From IMG/VR virus record IMGVR_UViG_3300021376_000060, positions 1 to 59,836 of that record: DNA of 59,836 nt. One strand, given 5' to 3'. Numbering within the stretch: the stretch's first letter is position 1; the number at the start of each line of letters is the position of its first letter. Shown piece after piece: positions 59,159 to 59,836 of this stretch. Source of the stretch: a virus. Its lineage: Duplodnaviria; Caudoviricetes. Below the pieces are notes generated by a model. That model worked only from the letters and a program-made list of their open reading frames with translations, was not told the origin of the DNA and ran no database searches. Both the position numbers and the translations under genes were made by a program.

Positions 59159-59185
59159 AAGTTCTCTCCGTTGGTGATGTTCTTA

Positions 59186-59214
59186 AGTGTAAGATCTCAG
59201 AGGGGAAATGTCAA
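59186..59214 (-). promoter_or_regulatory. Sigma70-type early promoter
   Basis: Minus strand TTGACA-17 nt-TACACT. Confidence 0.75.
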
Positions 59215-59288
59215 TGGGGTGTGTGTATTTATTTGAAGTCCTTATGGTTTTGTGTGGGTGTGTGTGGGTTTTGTGATCTTTGGGGGTC

Positions 59289-59317
59289 TTGACATTCTTC
59301 GGGTCTTCGTGTATGCT
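59289..59317 (+). promoter_or_regulatory. Sigma70-type promoter firing into non-coding repeats
   Basis: Plus strand TTGACA-ttcttcgggtcttcgtg (17 nt)-TATGCT, with extended -10 TG. Confidence 0.7.
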
Positions 59318-59322
59318 TGGAG

Positions 59323-59424
59323 CCTTAGATCACAAGACCTGAGAGGGTTTAAATGATCATAAGTTACAAGACCTGAACACATTTATAAGGTCATAAGTTA
59401 CAAGGTCTGAGAGGATTAAAAGAG
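59323..59424 (+). repeat. Three imperfect 34-bp tandem repeats (iteron-like)
   Basis: Core ACAAG(AC/GT)CTGA at 59332, 59366 and 59400, exactly 34 nt apart. Confidence 0.75.
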
Positions 59425-59577
59425 GTATATAAGGGTCTTAATTGATAAGAATTCGTATCAGTATCACATGATAATAAGAATCATTATCAATAATAAAAAA
59501 CACTTAAGTATATTTAAAAACACATTTTTAATTGATTTTTAACGTTTTTTATGTGTTTTTAGGTATAATTTAACGAT

Positions 59578-59835
59578 TTACCATTGATTCGTCTTGATCA
59601 GATACATCTTGATCTCGTTGTAACAAAAGGACTTAAGTTTCGGATCATCAGTTGTTTCAAGTGCTTGATACATTCGATTGATGTATTCACTTTGTGTAGT
59701 CACCTTGATGTTCTCTTTGGTAGTCATTCCGAGATCAGAGAGTGATGAACCTGCTTTAACTTTAGTCTTTCCGAAGTTACCAGTGATGTTACCTTTAGTC
59801 CTGAGTGATGGTTTGATCTTGGATAGATTAGAGTA
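59578..59835 (-). CDS. Hypothetical early protein, 5' end outside the window
   Basis: Open frame ...YSNLSKIKPSLRTKGNITGNFGK...YLIKTNQW* read by hand. Confidence 0.65.
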   Translation of the reverse strand, partial: YSNLSKIKPSLRTKGNITGNFGKTKVKAGSSLSDLGMTTKENIKVTTQSEYINRMYQALETTDDPKLKSFCYNEIKMYLIKTNQW

Positions 59836-59836
59836 C

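Noticed and set aside
59323-59424. Mini-CRISPR interpretation of the 34-bp periodic repeats
   Set aside because: The period is too short, repeats are degenerate, intervening parts resemble each other and no cas genes are in the window.
58160-59577. tRNA genes in the intergenic gaps
   Set aside because: No cloverleaf or T-loop GTTCRA in a suitable context seen by eye; a tRNAscan run would confirm.

Overview
This window is a segment of a T4-like myophage genome, most likely a cyanophage (Kyanoviridae-like, by gene order and content). It is AT-rich and essentially every gene is on the minus strand. Read in transcription direction (right to left) it holds: an early region of small ORFs with sigma70-type promoters and a repeat-rich, AT-rich non-coding block (candidate origin); a cupin and GT2-like glycosyltransferase pair; baseplate genes (g25, g6, a 4028-aa g7, a g9-like fibre, g8, a DUF4815/VrlC-like protein); neck, tail and packaging genes (g13-g19, with an insertion between g16 and g17); head genes (g20-g23); then g3, uvsY, uvsW, g55, g47, g46 and a HExxH-peptidase/vWA gene. 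TAAATA late-promoter motifs precede most structural genes. I read several small ORFs by hand that the ORF track missed, including a putative NblA-like gene. The best leads are that NblA-like gene, a modular basic protein that may be a prohead-protease-processed polyprotein, a back-to-back promoter pair at g55, a candidate transcription-primed origin, and a fibre ending in a cupredoxin-like domain. All family calls are by motif recognition and synteny; no database searches were run.
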